Part shown: in pieces, positions 10,892-21,363 of the stretch
How positions within the stretch are numbered: position 1 is the stretch's first letter
How the letters are laid out: every line of letters begins with the position of its first letter
Source: Nitrosomonadaceae bacterium
GTDB taxonomy: Bacteria; Pseudomonadota; Gammaproteobacteria; Burkholderiales; Nitrosomonadaceae
Direction: 5' to 3'
NCBI GenBank assembly: GCA_947471695.1
Contig: CANIWY010000001.1
Coordinates: forward strand, 7,448-71,447
DNA length: 64,000 bases
The notes under the pieces: model-generated
The model's database searches: none
The model's input: only the letters and a program-made list of their open reading frames with translations
Told to the model about the DNA's origin: nothing
Program-made: the position numbers and the translations under genes

Positions 10892-10930
10892 CTCTCAGAA
10901 CAGGGCCCGCCGGGAGCAACGGGGTGTAAC

Positions 10931-11740
10931 CTACTTTCTATTAGCCAGTCGTTGCCTGGCCTTATCTGCAGCATCGCTACCGGGATATCGGGCGATTAAG
11001 TCTTCCAGTGTCTTCTTGGAAGTGATGACCTTATTCATCTCGCGTTGACTACTGGCAATGTTGAGCAGCGCGTCCGGAGCCTTACTACTATCCGGGTAAG
11101 TCTTGATCAAATTTCGCTGGGTAATAACTGCATTGCTAAAATCACGCAGCGCATAATGAGAATTGCCGATCCAGTAAAGCGCGCTGGGGGCAAGCCGAGA
11201 TGAAGGGTGGTTTGCAAGAAAGGCCTGAAGTTTAGTGACGGCACTCTGATAATTGCCAGATTTGAATACTTCATAAGCCGCCTCATAGGCATCGTTCTCT
11301 GAGACTTCTGCCTTTGAGTGCGCATTCACTTCCGCTACGGGGGGAGATGCTTCCGTTTCTGACCCGGCAATACCGGATAGGGGAGGGGAGGCTGAGATTG
11401 TAGATGGTTCTGGTTGTTCAACCCGCCTCAGCCGACCATCTAAATCAATGTAAAAATCCCGTTGTCGCTTCTGCGTCAGTTCATTCTCATTCGTCAGCAC
11501 TTCTACCTGACCGCGCAGCTTATTGGTATCCTGCCTGAGTGACTCGATCTGGGTCTGAAGATTAAGCAGCGACTGGTTCTCAAGTAACTCTTCTAGTCTT
11601 GTGATGCGCGTGAGCAGATCCCCGATCATCGACTGCTGATCAGCGATCTGCTTGCGCGCCTCTTTGTCGTCGAACAGTCCAGCATAACCCGGACTGCTAG
11701 CCACCATCAATAACGACAATAACAGAGCGCGTACGCGCAT
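10931..11740 (-). CDS. cpoB: Tol-Pal system protein CpoB/YbgF (coiled coil + TPR)
   Basis: Signal peptide MRVRALLLSLLMVASSPGYA, a coiled-coil region and a C-terminal TPR domain. It lies directly after pal. I place the start at ATG 11740; the ORF extends to 11788 and would then overlap pal. Confidence 0.85.
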   Translation of the reverse strand: MRVRALLLSLLMVASSPGYAGLFDDKEARKQIADQQSMIGDLLTRITRLEELLENQSLLNLQTQIESLRQDTNKLRGQVEVLTNENELTQKRQRDFYIDLDGRLRRVEQPEPSTISASPPLSGIAGSETEASPPVAEVNAHSKAEVSENDAYEAAYEVFKSGNYQSAVTKLQAFLANHPSSRLAPSALYWIGNSHYALRDFSNAVITQRNLIKTYPDSSKAPDALLNIASSQREMNKVITSKKTLEDLIARYPGSDAADKARQRLANRK

Positions 11741-11742
11741 AT

Positions 11743-12237
11743 TTACTCGCCTTGGTAGCGAATATCCGTACGGCGGTTCTCGGCCCATGAGGCTTCATCA
11801 TGTCCTGTAGCGCGGGGCTTTTCCTCACCCAAACTAACAGCCTCGATCTGGCTATCCTTCGCGCCTGACAGTGTCATCGCACTCCTCACGCTATCGGCAC
11901 GTTTCTGACCCAAAGCAAGGTTGTACTCGCGGCTACCCCGCTCATCAGCGTTGCCTTGTAGCAACACCTTAGCGGCCGCATTGTCGCGCAAATACTGCGC
12001 ATGAGCCTGTACTGTAGCTCTGTATTCATTCTTCACCACGAAGCTATCGTAATCAAAGTAAACACTCCGCTTGGACAGAATATTATTTGAGTCCTTCAGA
12101 ATCGGGTTGAGATTCGGGTTGAGATTCGGGTTGGTCTCTGCCCGAGCTGCAGACGTGGATTCCGCAGTGGGTTGGGTGGTCTGACTAGCGCATGCTGACA
12201 ACAAACCTATGAGTAACACGCTCATTACTTTTTTCAT
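11743..12237 (-). CDS. pal: Peptidoglycan-associated lipoprotein Pal
   Basis: Lipobox LLSAC and an OmpA-like C-terminal domain (NADERGSREYNLALGQKRA). Confidence 0.93.
   Translation of the reverse strand: MKKVMSVLLIGLLSACASQTTQPTAESTSAARAETNPNLNPNLNPILKDSNNILSKRSVYFDYDSFVVKNEYRATVQAHAQYLRDNAAAKVLLQGNADERGSREYNLALGQKRADSVRSAMTLSGAKDSQIEAVSLGEEKPRATGHDEASWAENRRTDIRYQGE
12100..12135 (-). repeat. Three near-tandem copies of a 12-bp unit inside pal, encoding (NPNL)n in the Pal linker
   Basis: The plus strand reads aatcgggttgag attcgggttgag attcgggttggt. This translates on the minus strand to NPNLNPNLNPIL. Confidence 0.8.
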
Positions 12238-12276
12238 GCTGACTCCTTTTGAATTTAAATTTAAATACTTTTGTTA

Positions 12277-13650
12277 CTAGCGGCTGGCGGATTTTGGCAG
12301 AGGTCCCCATGCCGGCTCTCTTACATCACCCGCCTGCATCGAGAGCTCTTGTCTTGTCTTACCGTCACCTGATACAACTGCTAATATACCACGCCCCTTT
12401 ACCTCAGTTGCATACAAAATCATCCTGTCGTTAGGAGCTGGGCTAGGAGATTCATCAAAACGCGAGTCCGTCAGCAACTGAACCTGACGAGTTGCCAGGT
12501 CCTGTACCGCCACATTGAACTTAGCGCCGTTGCGATGAATAAAGGTAAACCCCTTTCCATCCCGGCTGTGATGCGGACTAACATTGTAACTCCCTTCAAA
12601 GGTAAGCCGCTCGGCCGTTCCGGACGCAGATCCTGTGACTGCCATTCGATAGATTTGAGGACTTCCGCCACGATCTGAAGTAAATATAATTGTCTGCCCA
12701 TCTGGCGAAAAATTAGGTTCGGTATCTATCCCAGAACTCTGACTAAGTCTCTGCAGACCGCTCCCATCTGCATTCACTAAGAATATCTGCGACCCGCCTT
12801 GTAAGGATAGCACGACCGCTAATCTCTTGCCGTCGGGTGACCATGCTGGGGCGCTGTTGCTTCCTTTAAAATTAGCGACCACCTTGCGGCCCCGGGTCGC
12901 AAGCGTCTGCACATAGACTATTGGTTTCTTATTCTCAAAGGACACATAGGCAATCTGGGTGCCATCCGGTGACCATGCGGGTGATATGATTGGTTCGCTG
13001 TATTCAATAATAGATTGGGCATTAAAGCCATCTGCATCAGCGACCTGCAGGGCATACTTATTACCTTGCTTCACCACATAGGCAATGCGGGTGCTGAATA
13101 CGCCCACATCTCCCATTAACTTTTCATAAATAATGTCCGCTATCTGATGAGCAGCCGCACGCAGTCGGTCGACCGGGACGATCATAGTGTAGTCGATCAA
13201 CTGCACCTGCTTTGCTACATCCATCAGGTAGAAACTCACCTCTACCTGACCATCAGGCAACATCACTGCGCTACCAATCACTAGCGCATTGGCTCCGCGA
13301 CTTTTCCAATCGGGGTACGCAACCTGTCGAGGGTCGCGTAGTGGCGGACCGGGTGAGTCTACCAGCCTAAAGAGACCGCTCCGTTGGAGGTCTGCCGCCA
13401 CCACCGCTGTGATGCTGTGCTTAAGTTTTTCTTCTCCTGCGAAGGGGGTGATGGCGATTGGGATCTGTGATGCGCCACCCCCAAATATTTCAATGTCGAG
13501 TGCCGCCTGAATTGGTGCGCTAATCAACCAAAGTGCAAGAGCGAGGAAAAGGGAGCGGCGAGAAGATTGCCGTTGCCTTATTAGCATAAAACCAGGTCTC
13601 ATTATGTTAACCGGGGATGCTGATAAAAAGTCATGTGATTTATGCATCAT
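12277..13650 (-). CDS. tolB: Tol-Pal system beta-propeller protein TolB
   Basis: TolB N-domain plus repeated PAWSPDG / PNFSPDG propeller motifs. ATG 13650 overlaps the tolA stop (ATGA). An internal start at about 13587 (MLIRQRQ...) would give a normal-length signal peptide. Confidence 0.92.
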   Translation of the reverse strand: MMHKSHDFLSASPVNIMRPGFMLIRQRQSSRRSLFLALALWLISAPIQAALDIEIFGGGASQIPIAITPFAGEEKLKHSITAVVAADLQRSGLFRLVDSPGPPLRDPRQVAYPDWKSRGANALVIGSAVMLPDGQVEVSFYLMDVAKQVQLIDYTMIVPVDRLRAAAHQIADIIYEKLMGDVGVFSTRIAYVVKQGNKYALQVADADGFNAQSIIEYSEPIISPAWSPDGTQIAYVSFENKKPIVYVQTLATRGRKVVANFKGSNSAPAWSPDGKRLAVVLSLQGGSQIFLVNADGSGLQRLSQSSGIDTEPNFSPDGQTIIFTSDRGGSPQIYRMAVTGSASGTAERLTFEGSYNVSPHHSRDGKGFTFIHRNGAKFNVAVQDLATRQVQLLTDSRFDESPSPAPNDRMILYATEVKGRGILAVVSGDGKTRQELSMQAGDVREPAWGPLPKSASR

Positions 13651-14384
13651 TCGCGATAATGCACCTTAAGGCTCAGATCACGAAACTTGGGAAATAGTGA
13701 CGGATCGGGTGGTAACGGAAGTGGCTTAGCCAAGATAATGGCGCGCTCAACCGCGCTATCAAATGCAACATAACCACTACTTCTCCGCATCCTCACGCTG
13801 AGAATATCACCCCCTGGCAACAATGTAACGTCCAGTTCTGCCACGGAATCATCTGGAATATTAGGCGGCAAGACAATACGGCTCCTGATCTTGGCCATTA
13901 TCTTCGCCTTATATTCAGCAATCACGTCCAGCGCTCTAGATTGTGCTGCTTGCTGTACCCGCTGCTTCTCAAGTGCCTCCTGATCACGCACTAGTTGTTC
14001 CAAATCATCAGCGACTCTGGGCTTCTGCTCCTCAGGTACTGATTGTTTCTTCACAACAGGCTTAGGGGTCTCAACCTTCTCCTTAAGCGCAATATCAGGC
14101 TTAGTCGGTGATGGTCGAGCCTCCTGCTTAGGAGGTAGGGGCCTCACCTCGGGCGGGCTAGGAACCTGCTTAGGTGGCAATGGTTTTGCGCTGGCGGCAG
14201 ATTGGTTTGGGGGGGGCAAACTTTCCCATAAATCGACAGTCATCCCCTGTGGTGGATAGCTCTTCCAATTGAGACCGAACACCATGAGTGCCAAAAAAGC
14301 CACATGCACCAATAACGCTAGAGCTCCTGCCGGCAACATCCCCGGTTCAAGGTGTGATGAGTCTCGCAATACCAGCGCACTCAT
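13647..14384 (-). CDS. tolA: Cell envelope integrity protein TolA
   Basis: N-terminal TM helix, a Pro/Lys/Glu-rich spacer and a TonB/TolA-type C-terminal domain. Located between tolR and tolB. Confidence 0.85.
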   Translation of the reverse strand: MSALVLRDSSHLEPGMLPAGALALLVHVAFLALMVFGLNWKSYPPQGMTVDLWESLPPPNQSAASAKPLPPKQVPSPPEVRPLPPKQEARPSPTKPDIALKEKVETPKPVVKKQSVPEEQKPRVADDLEQLVRDQEALEKQRVQQAAQSRALDVIAEYKAKIMAKIRSRIVLPPNIPDDSVAELDVTLLPGGDILSVRMRRSSGYVAFDSAVERAIILAKPLPLPPDPSLFPKFRDLSLKVHYRE

Positions 14385-14800
14385 TTTGATCTGGCTAGCA
14401 GCCCGACTTTTTTCACTTGTTGCTGTTGTAAAATATCCATCACATTCATCACTTCTTCATACCGCACACTCTTGTCGGCAGCAATCACGACCGGTTGTTC
14501 AGCATTTTCTGACTGTTTTTGCTTGATTGTTTCGACCAGTTGAGTACGACTGATGGTCTGCTCAGCACCCGTTTTGTTTCGGTCACGCAGAGTCAACGTG
14601 CCGTCAGCCCTGATGACTACTTCCAGTGGCGCTACTGGGGGTGCTAGGGATTTGCCGATCTGCGGCAACTCAATCTGTCCGGGGCTGATCAGTGGCGCAG
14701 TGATCATAAAAATAACCAGTAGCACCAGCATCACGTCGATATATGGAACGACGTTGATCTCGTTCATCTGACGGCGCTTGTTACGTCGTTCAGCCATCAT
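14381..14800 (-). CDS. tolR: Tol-Pal system protein TolR (ExbD/TolR family)
   Basis: INVVPYIDVMLVLLVIFMITAP is the ExbD/TolR signature. Operon position fits. Confidence 0.9.
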   Translation of the reverse strand: MMAERRNKRRQMNEINVVPYIDVMLVLLVIFMITAPLISPGQIELPQIGKSLAPPVAPLEVVIRADGTLTLRDRNKTGAEQTISRTQLVETIKQKQSENAEQPVVIAADKSVRYEEVMNVMDILQQQQVKKVGLLARSK

Positions 14801-14824
14801 GTAAGCCCCATAAAGCCACTTTCA

Positions 14825-15508
14825 TCAGGCCGTCTGCCGCTGAAGTACATTAGACAGCTCTTCCATAAAACTCTCAAAACGAGTCGCCAGCCTATCGATA
14901 TCATGCGCGTACCGGTTGTAAGCAATGACCGCCGGGATTGCCGCAAATAATCCCATCGCTGTCGCGATCAGCGCCTCTGCAATACCGGGGGCAACATGTG
15001 CAATCGTGGCCTGGGTGACGTTAGATAGTCCACGAAAAGAGTTCATGATCCCCCAAACCGTGCCAAACAAACCAACATAGGGGCTCACCGACCCCACCGT
15101 CGCCAGAAAGGATAGGTGCGACTCAAGTCCATCCATCTCCCGTTGGTATGTGGCCCGCATTGCCCGTCGCGTACCATCCATCACCGTACTGATATCTATT
15201 CCGGGCTGGCGCTTATTCTTAACAAATTCACGGAACCCGGCCTCAAAGATCCGCTCCATGCTGCCCTTCGTGTTACGCGCGTTGCCGGCACTTTGGTAGA
15301 GCTTGTTGAGATCAGGGCCCTTCCAAAACATGTCCTCAAACTCATCGCTCTGCTTCGTCGCCTGCCGGATAGCGAACATTTTACGAAAGATAAACCACCA
15401 CGACATAAATGAAGTCAGCAATAACAACGCCATCACTAATTGTACCGGCAGGCTCGCGCTGCTGATCAGGTAGAAGACAGACATATCTTGTGTAACTGAT
15501 GCATTCAT
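14825..15508 (-). CDS. tolQ: Tol-Pal system protein TolQ (MotA/TolQ/ExbB channel)
   Basis: Three TM helices and PYVGLFGTVWGIMNSF, the MotA/TolQ/ExbB signature. Confidence 0.92.
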   Translation of the reverse strand: MNASVTQDMSVFYLISSASLPVQLVMALLLLTSFMSWWFIFRKMFAIRQATKQSDEFEDMFWKGPDLNKLYQSAGNARNTKGSMERIFEAGFREFVKNKRQPGIDISTVMDGTRRAMRATYQREMDGLESHLSFLATVGSVSPYVGLFGTVWGIMNSFRGLSNVTQATIAHVAPGIAEALIATAMGLFAAIPAVIAYNRYAHDIDRLATRFESFMEELSNVLQRQTA

Positions 15509-15957
15509 AATAATTTTCCAAGTTTGTGCCGTAGTGGCGCTGGTACGCTCACCGGCTTCAGAGTATCAACACCCACACACACCGCATTAACAATAGCACC
15601 CGCCAAAAGAGTCTGGCCGCGCAACACATCTTGGCAGAGAGTCAGCCTGCTTCTGCCCACTGCCTTCACTTGTACGCTCACCTGCAGTAAATCGTCCAGC
15701 AATGCTGGCTTGAAGTACTCAATGCTGAGTGAACGTATCATGAATATTGCCTTGTTTACTTGAACCAGGGAGTGAATATCAAACCCCATTTCGCGCAACC
15801 ATTCATAGCGCGCACGCTCCATGAAATTAAGATAATTCGAATGATAGACTACCCCTCCCGCGTCTGTGTCCTGATAATAGACGCGCACAGGCAGAGAGAA
15901 GGTGGCTATTGGAATCACGGCTACGCCACCGTTCTGAGTAGCAATATCAGTGCTCAT
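15505..15957 (-). CDS. ybgC: Tol-Pal-associated acyl-CoA thioesterase YbgC (4HBT hotdog)
   Basis: The VRVYYQDTDAGGVVYHSNYLNFMERAR hotdog motif. First gene of the tol cluster. Confidence 0.88.
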   Translation of the reverse strand: MSTDIATQNGGVAVIPIATFSLPVRVYYQDTDAGGVVYHSNYLNFMERARYEWLREMGFDIHSLVQVNKAIFMIRSLSIEYFKPALLDDLLQVSVQVKAVGRSRLTLCQDVLRGQTLLAGAIVNAVCVGVDTLKPVSVPAPLRHKLGKLL

Positions 15958-15975
15958 CGATGGACAAGTAAGCTC

Positions 15976-17016
15976 TCATTCTCCATCCCATAGTTCCCCG
16001 CTCAAACCATTCTTCGGTAGCGCCATGCCGAAGTGCTGGTAAGCGATCACTGTGGCCATGCGCCCCCGCGGGGTGCGTTTCATGTAGCCTTGCTGGATCA
16101 GGTAAGGCTCTAGCACGTCCTCAATAGTGCCGCGCTCTTCGCTAATGGCCGCTGCGAGATTATCCACTCCTACCGGACCTCCTCCAAACTTTTCCATCAC
16201 CGCCAGTAATAGCTTCCTATCCATTACATCTAGCCCAGCAATGTCGACATCCAGCATGATCAGGGCTGCATCCGCCACCGGGCGAGTGATCCGCCCCTCT
16301 GCCTTGACTTCAGCAAAGTCGCGGACCCGCCTCAGAAGACGGTTAACAATTCGAGGGGTGCCACGAGAACGTCGAGCGATTTCTATCGCCCCGTCGGACG
16401 AAATTTCAACATTAAGTAATCCCGCTGACCGCGTGACGATACGAGTCAACTCCTCTACCGAATAAAACTCCAGACGGGAGATAATCCCGAAACGATCACG
16501 CAACGGGTTGGTGAGCATCCCCGCGCGAGTAGTTGCCCCTACCAGGGTAAATGGTGGCAGGTCTAGCTTGACGGATCGTGCGGCAGGGCCTTCACCGATC
16601 ATGATATCGAGCTGATAATCTTCCAGGGCTGGATAAAGAATCTCTTCCACTACCGGAGATAGCCGGTGGATCTCGTCGATGAACAGAACATCGTTGGTCT
16701 CGAGGTTAGTCAGGAGTGCTGCCAGATCGCCGGGGCGCTCTAGTACCGGCCCCGATGTATGACGCAAGTTCACACCCATCTCCCTTGCGATAATATGGGC
16801 CAGTGTCGTCTTGCCCAACCCCGGCGGGCCAAATAGCAGAACATGGTCAAGCGCTTCCTTACGCCGCCGCGCTGCCTCAATGAAGATCTGCAACTGCCCG
16901 CGCACTTTTTCCTGGCCGACATATTCATCCAGAAACTTGGGGCGAAGAGCCCTCTCCAGATCCTCTTCATGGGTAGAGGCTGGCTCAGAAGCAATCAATC
17001 GGTCAGTTTCTATCAT
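15976..17016 (-). CDS. ruvB: Holliday junction branch migration DNA helicase RuvB
   Basis: Walker [12 protein letters not shown], Walker [10 protein letters not shown] and the full-length RuvB pattern. Confidence 0.96.
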   Translation of the reverse strand: MIETDRLIASEPASTHEEDLERALRPKFLDEYVGQEKVRGQLQIFIEAARRRKEALDHVLLFGPPGLGKTTLAHIIAREMGVNLRHTSGPVLERPGDLAALLTNLETNDVLFIDEIHRLSPVVEEILYPALEDYQLDIMIGEGPAARSVKLDLPPFTLVGATTRAGMLTNPLRDRFGIISRLEFYSVEELTRIVTRSAGLLNVEISSDGAIEIARRSRGTPRIVNRLLRRVRDFAEVKAEGRITRPVADAALIMLDVDIAGLDVMDRKLLLAVMEKFGGGPVGVDNLAAAISEERGTIEDVLEPYLIQQGYMKRTPRGRMATVIAYQHFGMALPKNGLSGELWDGE

Positions 17017-17076
17017 TACTCTGGCAAGGACAGCTCATCGCGCACTCTTTCATTAGGTACAAGGAGCTTGCCTTCA

Positions 17077-17670
17077 TTACTTTTCTTTTGACAATAGCTT
17101 TAGTGCCTGACGGATCCCGTCCGACACGGTAACTCCAGTAGGTAACTGCTTGAGCGCCCAACTCGCTTCGCGGTCATTATAACCCAGCGATAGCAACGCA
17201 TTGAGGATGTCATCTCCATCTCTTGAGGCAAGGGCTGTGCTGGTGCCACCGATAAGACCGGCCAGGCTCAAATCGAGTTTGTCACGCAATTCCATTAACA
17301 AGCGCTCAGCAGTCTTCTTCCCGATACCAGGCGTCTTGATGAGACGGTCGCTGTCCTGAGTCGCAACCGCCTGCTGCAAGTCAATCACGCTCAGACCGGA
17401 TAGGACGGCTAATGCAGTTCTTGCACCCACCCCCGAAATTTTTACCAGTTGGCGAAAGGCCTGCCTCTCAGATTCAGTGCTAAATCCGAATAGCAGGTGT
17501 ATATCCTCTCGCACCACCAGATGGGTATGAAGTATGACCTCCTCACCTATGCCAGGCATCTGATAAAACGTGCTCATGGGCACGTCAATCTCATACCCGA
17601 CTCCTTGCACGTCCACCAGTACGAGCGGTGGGCGCTTCTCTAACAACAACCCCGTTATCCGCCCGATCAT
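17077..17670 (-). CDS. ruvA: Holliday junction branch migration protein RuvA
   Basis: [12 protein letters not shown]... is the canonical RuvA N-terminus. ATG 17670 overlaps the ruvC stop (ATGA). The ORF-track extension to 17745 lies inside ruvC. Confidence 0.92.
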   Translation of the reverse strand: MIGRITGLLLEKRPPLVLVDVQGVGYEIDVPMSTFYQMPGIGEEVILHTHLVVREDIHLLFGFSTESERQAFRQLVKISGVGARTALAVLSGLSVIDLQQAVATQDSDRLIKTPGIGKKTAERLLMELRDKLDLSLAGLIGGTSTALASRDGDDILNALLSLGYNDREASWALKQLPTGVTVSDGIRQALKLLSKEK

Positions 17671-18185
17671 ACCAACCGCCCCCGTTTCATGCGGTAGCCC
17701 GCTGTCGAAATTCCTCCCAAACCTTGCCCGCCATGCGCATGACAAATGGCACAGGCAAGGGCATCTGCCGCATCCTCGCTCGGACTACCATCAAGTTTCA
17801 ATAGACGTCTCACCATTTCCTGCACTTGTTCTTTTTTTGCATGGCCGTTACCGACTACCGCCTGCTTGACTTGTAGTGCGGTATATTCAGCAACGGTAAG
17901 ATTGTTCAGCACCGCAGCACAGATTGCTGCTCCTCGCGCCTGCCCCAGCATCAGTGTTGATTTAGGGTTTATATTGACGAACACCTGCTCGACCGCAACT
18001 TGATCTGGGTGATATTCCGCAATAACTTCATTGAGATTCTCTAGGATAGCCTTTAGGCGCAACGGCAAATCGCCCTCTGGAGTCTTAATGCAGCCGCTGC
18101 TGATATAGGTCAAGCTGCTACCAGTTTTGTCGATGATCCCGAAACCGGTGATCCGCAAACCGGGATCTATTCCAAGGATGCGAAT
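17667..18185 (-). CDS. ruvC: Crossover junction endodeoxyribonuclease RuvC, proposed non-canonical ATT start
   Basis: The ORF track starts at TTG 18158 ([10 protein letters not shown]). The in-frame upstream codons read I-R-I-L-G-I-D-P-G, which matches the conserved RuvC N-terminus with its catalytic Asp. No ATG/GTG/TTG exists between the in-frame stop TAA (18206-18204) and that motif. Confidence 0.8.
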   Translation of the reverse strand: MRILGIDPGLRITGFGIIDKTGSSLTYISSGCIKTPEGDLPLRLKAILENLNEVIAEYHPDQVAVEQVFVNINPKSTLMLGQARGAAICAAVLNNLTVAEYTALQVKQAVVGNGHAKKEQVQEMVRRLLKLDGSPSEDAADALACAICHAHGGQGLGGISTAGYRMKRGRLV

Positions 18186-18189
18186 CTCG

Positions 18190-18921
18190 TCACTCGCTAG
18201 GAATTATCACTGCTGTCGTATAGACTTCCTGCACATCATCAATACTCTCCAGTGCGTCCAGTAGTTTTTGCATTTTCACCGCATCATCACCGGTCAGCAC
18301 AGCCTCATTCTCAGGTTTCATCGTTACTTCGGCATGCTCTGCCTTGAAGCTCGCCTTTTCCAGCATTATTTTGACAGCGGTTAATTCATATGGCGCTGTT
18401 ATTACTTCAATACTGCCGTCATCGTTATTGATTACATCTTCCGCACCCCCTTCCAGGGCCGCCTCCATCAGCTTGTCCTCGTTGGCACCCGGGGCGAAAA
18501 TCATTTGTCCGCAGTGCTTGAATAGAAATGCAACTGAGCCATCTGTGCCAAGATTCCCTCCGTACTTGGTGAAAGCATGCCGTACGTCAGCTACGGTCCT
18601 CACTCGGTTATCGGTCATACAATCGACCAATACGGCAGCACCGGCGATTCCGTATCCTTCATAACGGACCTCCTCGTAATTTACACCATCCAATTCGCCG
18701 CTTCCCCGCTTAACCGCCCTCTCAACGTTATCCTTAGGCATGTTATGCTCGTAAGCCTTATCAATGGCAAGTCGCAGTCTCGGATTACTAGCAGGATCCC
18801 CTCCTCCGAGACGCGCTGCGACGGTGATTTCCTTGATGAGGCGTGTGAATATCTTGCCACGCTTAGCATCTGTCGCGGCCTTCTTATGCTTGATATTAGC
18901 CCACTTACTATGACCTGCCAT
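18190..18921 (-). CDS. yebC: YebC/PmpR family DNA-binding transcriptional regulator
   Basis: [15 protein letters not shown]... is the invariant family N-terminus. Upstream of ruvC, as in many proteobacteria. Confidence 0.92.
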   Translation of the reverse strand: MAGHSKWANIKHKKAATDAKRGKIFTRLIKEITVAARLGGGDPASNPRLRLAIDKAYEHNMPKDNVERAVKRGSGELDGVNYEEVRYEGYGIAGAAVLVDCMTDNRVRTVADVRHAFTKYGGNLGTDGSVAFLFKHCGQMIFAPGANEDKLMEAALEGGAEDVINNDDGSIEVITAPYELTAVKIMLEKASFKAEHAEVTMKPENEAVLTGDDAVKMQKLLDALESIDDVQEVYTTAVIIPSE

Positions 18922-19062
18922 GATGCCCTTGCCCCATTATGAGTTATTGCAATACTACCACCCTGTAAGGTGTGGATAAAGCAGGATAAACATTCCAAGC
19001 GCGGCAAGTAATCGCCGGCTCAACAGGGCAATGACAAGCTGAATATAATGAACGGTAGAAGG

Positions 19063-20160
19063 ATGGATCAAGACTTTATTATTATTGGCGCCGGCATCAT
19101 CGGTCTCGCCACAGCTGAGCAGTTACTCTTACAGGGTGCAACTGTAACCTTACTGGAACGAGGCGAGGTGGGACTTGAATCTTCTTGGGCGGGCGGGGGC
19201 ATACTTTCTCCATTGTGCCCGTGGGATTACCCCGAAGAGGTGACCCGGCTGACTAATTATAGTGCCGCCCTATTCGCCAATTGGATGGATGAGCTCCATA
19301 CCGCGAGCGGAATCGATCCGGAGTATGAGAGAAGCGGGATGTTGGTGGCCCCCCCCTTTTGCACGCGCATTGCGCAACAATGGTGCACATCGCACGGGGT
19401 TAGGCTGGAGAGGGTTTCCCCTTCTGATGTTTGTTCTTCGCCCCCAATGGGAAAAGAAATCAACCTTGAAGGAGATGCGCTCCTATTGCCCGATGTTGCA
19501 CAGGTGCGGAACCCACATCTGTTGCGAGCACTACGCAAAAGAGTGGAGTTACTCGGCGGTCGAGTTATCGAGCAGTGCGCTGTGAGTCACATCGTAGCTG
19601 GAAACAGTCAAGTAAGTTCAGTCTCTACCGCGTACGGAACTCTCTGTGCAGATCGATATATCATCACCGCCGGCGCCTGGAGCAAACAAGTACTCGGTCA
19701 ACATGCTCTCGGCCTAGACATCAAGCCTGTGCGCGGACAGATGCTGTTATTCAAGTTTTCCGCGACACCCCTTCGATTCATCCTATTACAACGAGACTTG
19801 TATTTGATCCCTCGCCGCGATGGTTGCCTGCTCGTTGGTAGTACACTGGAAGATGTTGGATTTGATAAGGGGACCACTACGGTAGCACGCAACAATCTCC
19901 TCAAGGGTGCACAAGAGTTATTGCCGGCATTGTCCGGCATGGCGCCGGTTCAACACTGGTCTGGCCTGCGCCCTGCTTCACCGCACAACATTCCGACCAT
20001 CGGATGTCACCCGCAGCTGGACAATCTATACATCAATAGTGGGCACTTTCGCTATGGAGTAACCATGGCTCTGGCTAGCGCCAAAATTCTAGTCAATGAG
20101 TTGACTGGTTTAGATCAACCGTTCGATATTGCTCCTTACCAATCTGGCTGGGGAGCCTAA
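19063..20160 (+). CDS. thiO: FAD-dependent glycine oxidase ThiO-like oxidoreductase
   Basis: DFIIIGAGIIGLATA Rossmann motif, DAO-family core and a C-terminal GLRP...P.IG / GHFRYG pattern as in ThiO. The ORF may start at 19048. Confidence 0.6.
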   Translation: MDQDFIIIGAGIIGLATAEQLLLQGATVTLLERGEVGLESSWAGGGILSPLCPWDYPEEVTRLTNYSAALFANWMDELHTASGIDPEYERSGMLVAPPFCTRIAQQWCTSHGVRLERVSPSDVCSSPPMGKEINLEGDALLLPDVAQVRNPHLLRALRKRVELLGGRVIEQCAVSHIVAGNSQVSSVSTAYGTLCADRYIITAGAWSKQVLGQHALGLDIKPVRGQMLLFKFSATPLRFILLQRDLYLIPRRDGCLLVGSTLEDVGFDKGTTTVARNNLLKGAQELLPALSGMAPVQHWSGLRPASPHNIPTIGCHPQLDNLYINSGHFRYGVTMALASAKILVNELTGLDQPFDIAPYQSGWGA

Positions 20161-20186
20161 AAGGGGCTAACTGCCGTTTGCACTGG

Positions 20187-21128
20187 CTAGCTCTTGGGCA
20201 ACGGAAAGACTACCGCCTCAACTACGCCGCTCAACTCCTCCACTACCACGCCACCTTCCTGCTCCGATCCAATTTGCTTCAGTCGTGATATCACCTCTTG
20301 CACCAACACTTCTGGCGCGGAAGCGCCGGCAGTGATACCAATTCGGACCTTCCCCGCGAGCCACTCCTCCTGCAATTGTTCGGCACGGTCTATCATATAA
20401 GAGTCCACGCCGGCATTTCGCGCAACCTCACACAGCCGGTTAGAATTAGAACTGTTGGTGGAACCAACCACAATCACCAGATCACACTGCTTTACCATCA
20501 GCTTGACTGCATCCTGGCGGTTTTGCGTCGCATAGCAAATATCGTCTTTTTTGGGTCCAACGATTTTTGGAAAACGTTTTTTTAAAGCCTTAATCACTCG
20601 CGTAGCATCATCAACCGAGAGCGTGGTCTGGGTGACATACGCTAGGTTGTCAGGGTTCTTAACTCGTAAGTCGGCGACGTCGTCCTCTGTCTCGACCAGA
20701 TACATCGCCGGGCCATCCCCCTCAGCTTGCCCCATAGTACCCTCGACTTCCGGATGCCCCTGGTGGCCAATCATGATGACTTCCCTCCCCAGATCACGCA
20801 TCTTCCCAACTTCCATATGAACCTTGGTGACCAGCGGACAAGTTGCATCGAACACCTTGAATTTACGTGCATCAGCCTCACGACGTACCTCATGTGAGAC
20901 ACCATGAGCACTGAAAATCAAAATACTGCCACTGGGCACTTCGTCGAGATTCTCTACAAATACTGCGCCCTTTTTTTCTAAATTCTGCACTACGAAACGG
21001 TTATGAACCACCTCGTGGCGTACATAAATTGGTGCGCCATGCATGGTCAGGGCCCGCTCGACAATCTCGATCGCGCGATCCACCCCAGCACAAAAGCCTC
21101 TGGGGTTTGCAAGTAATACTTTCATCAT
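20187..21128 (-). CDS. ispH: 4-hydroxy-3-methylbut-2-enyl diphosphate reductase
   Basis: [21 protein letters not shown] and the conserved Cys ligands. 313 aa. Confidence 0.95.
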   Translation of the reverse strand: MMKVLLANPRGFCAGVDRAIEIVERALTMHGAPIYVRHEVVHNRFVVQNLEKKGAVFVENLDEVPSGSILIFSAHGVSHEVRREADARKFKVFDATCPLVTKVHMEVGKMRDLGREVIMIGHQGHPEVEGTMGQAEGDGPAMYLVETEDDVADLRVKNPDNLAYVTQTTLSVDDATRVIKALKKRFPKIVGPKKDDICYATQNRQDAVKLMVKQCDLVIVVGSTNSSNSNRLCEVARNAGVDSYMIDRAEQLQEEWLAGKVRIGITAGASAPEVLVQEVISRLKQIGSEQEGGVVVEELSGVVEAVVFPLPKS

Positions 21129-21363
21129 TGATCATTCTCCATAATTATCTAACCTCGTTCTGCGAATATTCTAAAGCATTCGAGCCTTTCTCCAATGAAA
21201 TTTTCCTATCTGGACATCAGATCCCGAAGGATTTCTAGTGCTCCTCCTAAGAAATCTGGTGCTCAGTCCCCTTAGAATGCCTGTAGTTCAGCAGGTTGTT
21301 CTTCATGGATCGACTTGTTTTCAATACTTCCTATGCTAAGGCGAGCACTCAATAGGAATGCTC

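Noticed and set aside
18971-18979. A perfect DnaA box (TGTGGATAA) in the yebC-thiO spacer, 37 kb from dnaA.
   Set aside because: A single isolated 9-mer is compatible with chance in 64 kb on two strands (expectation about 0.5). There are no neighbouring boxes and no AT-rich unwinding element.
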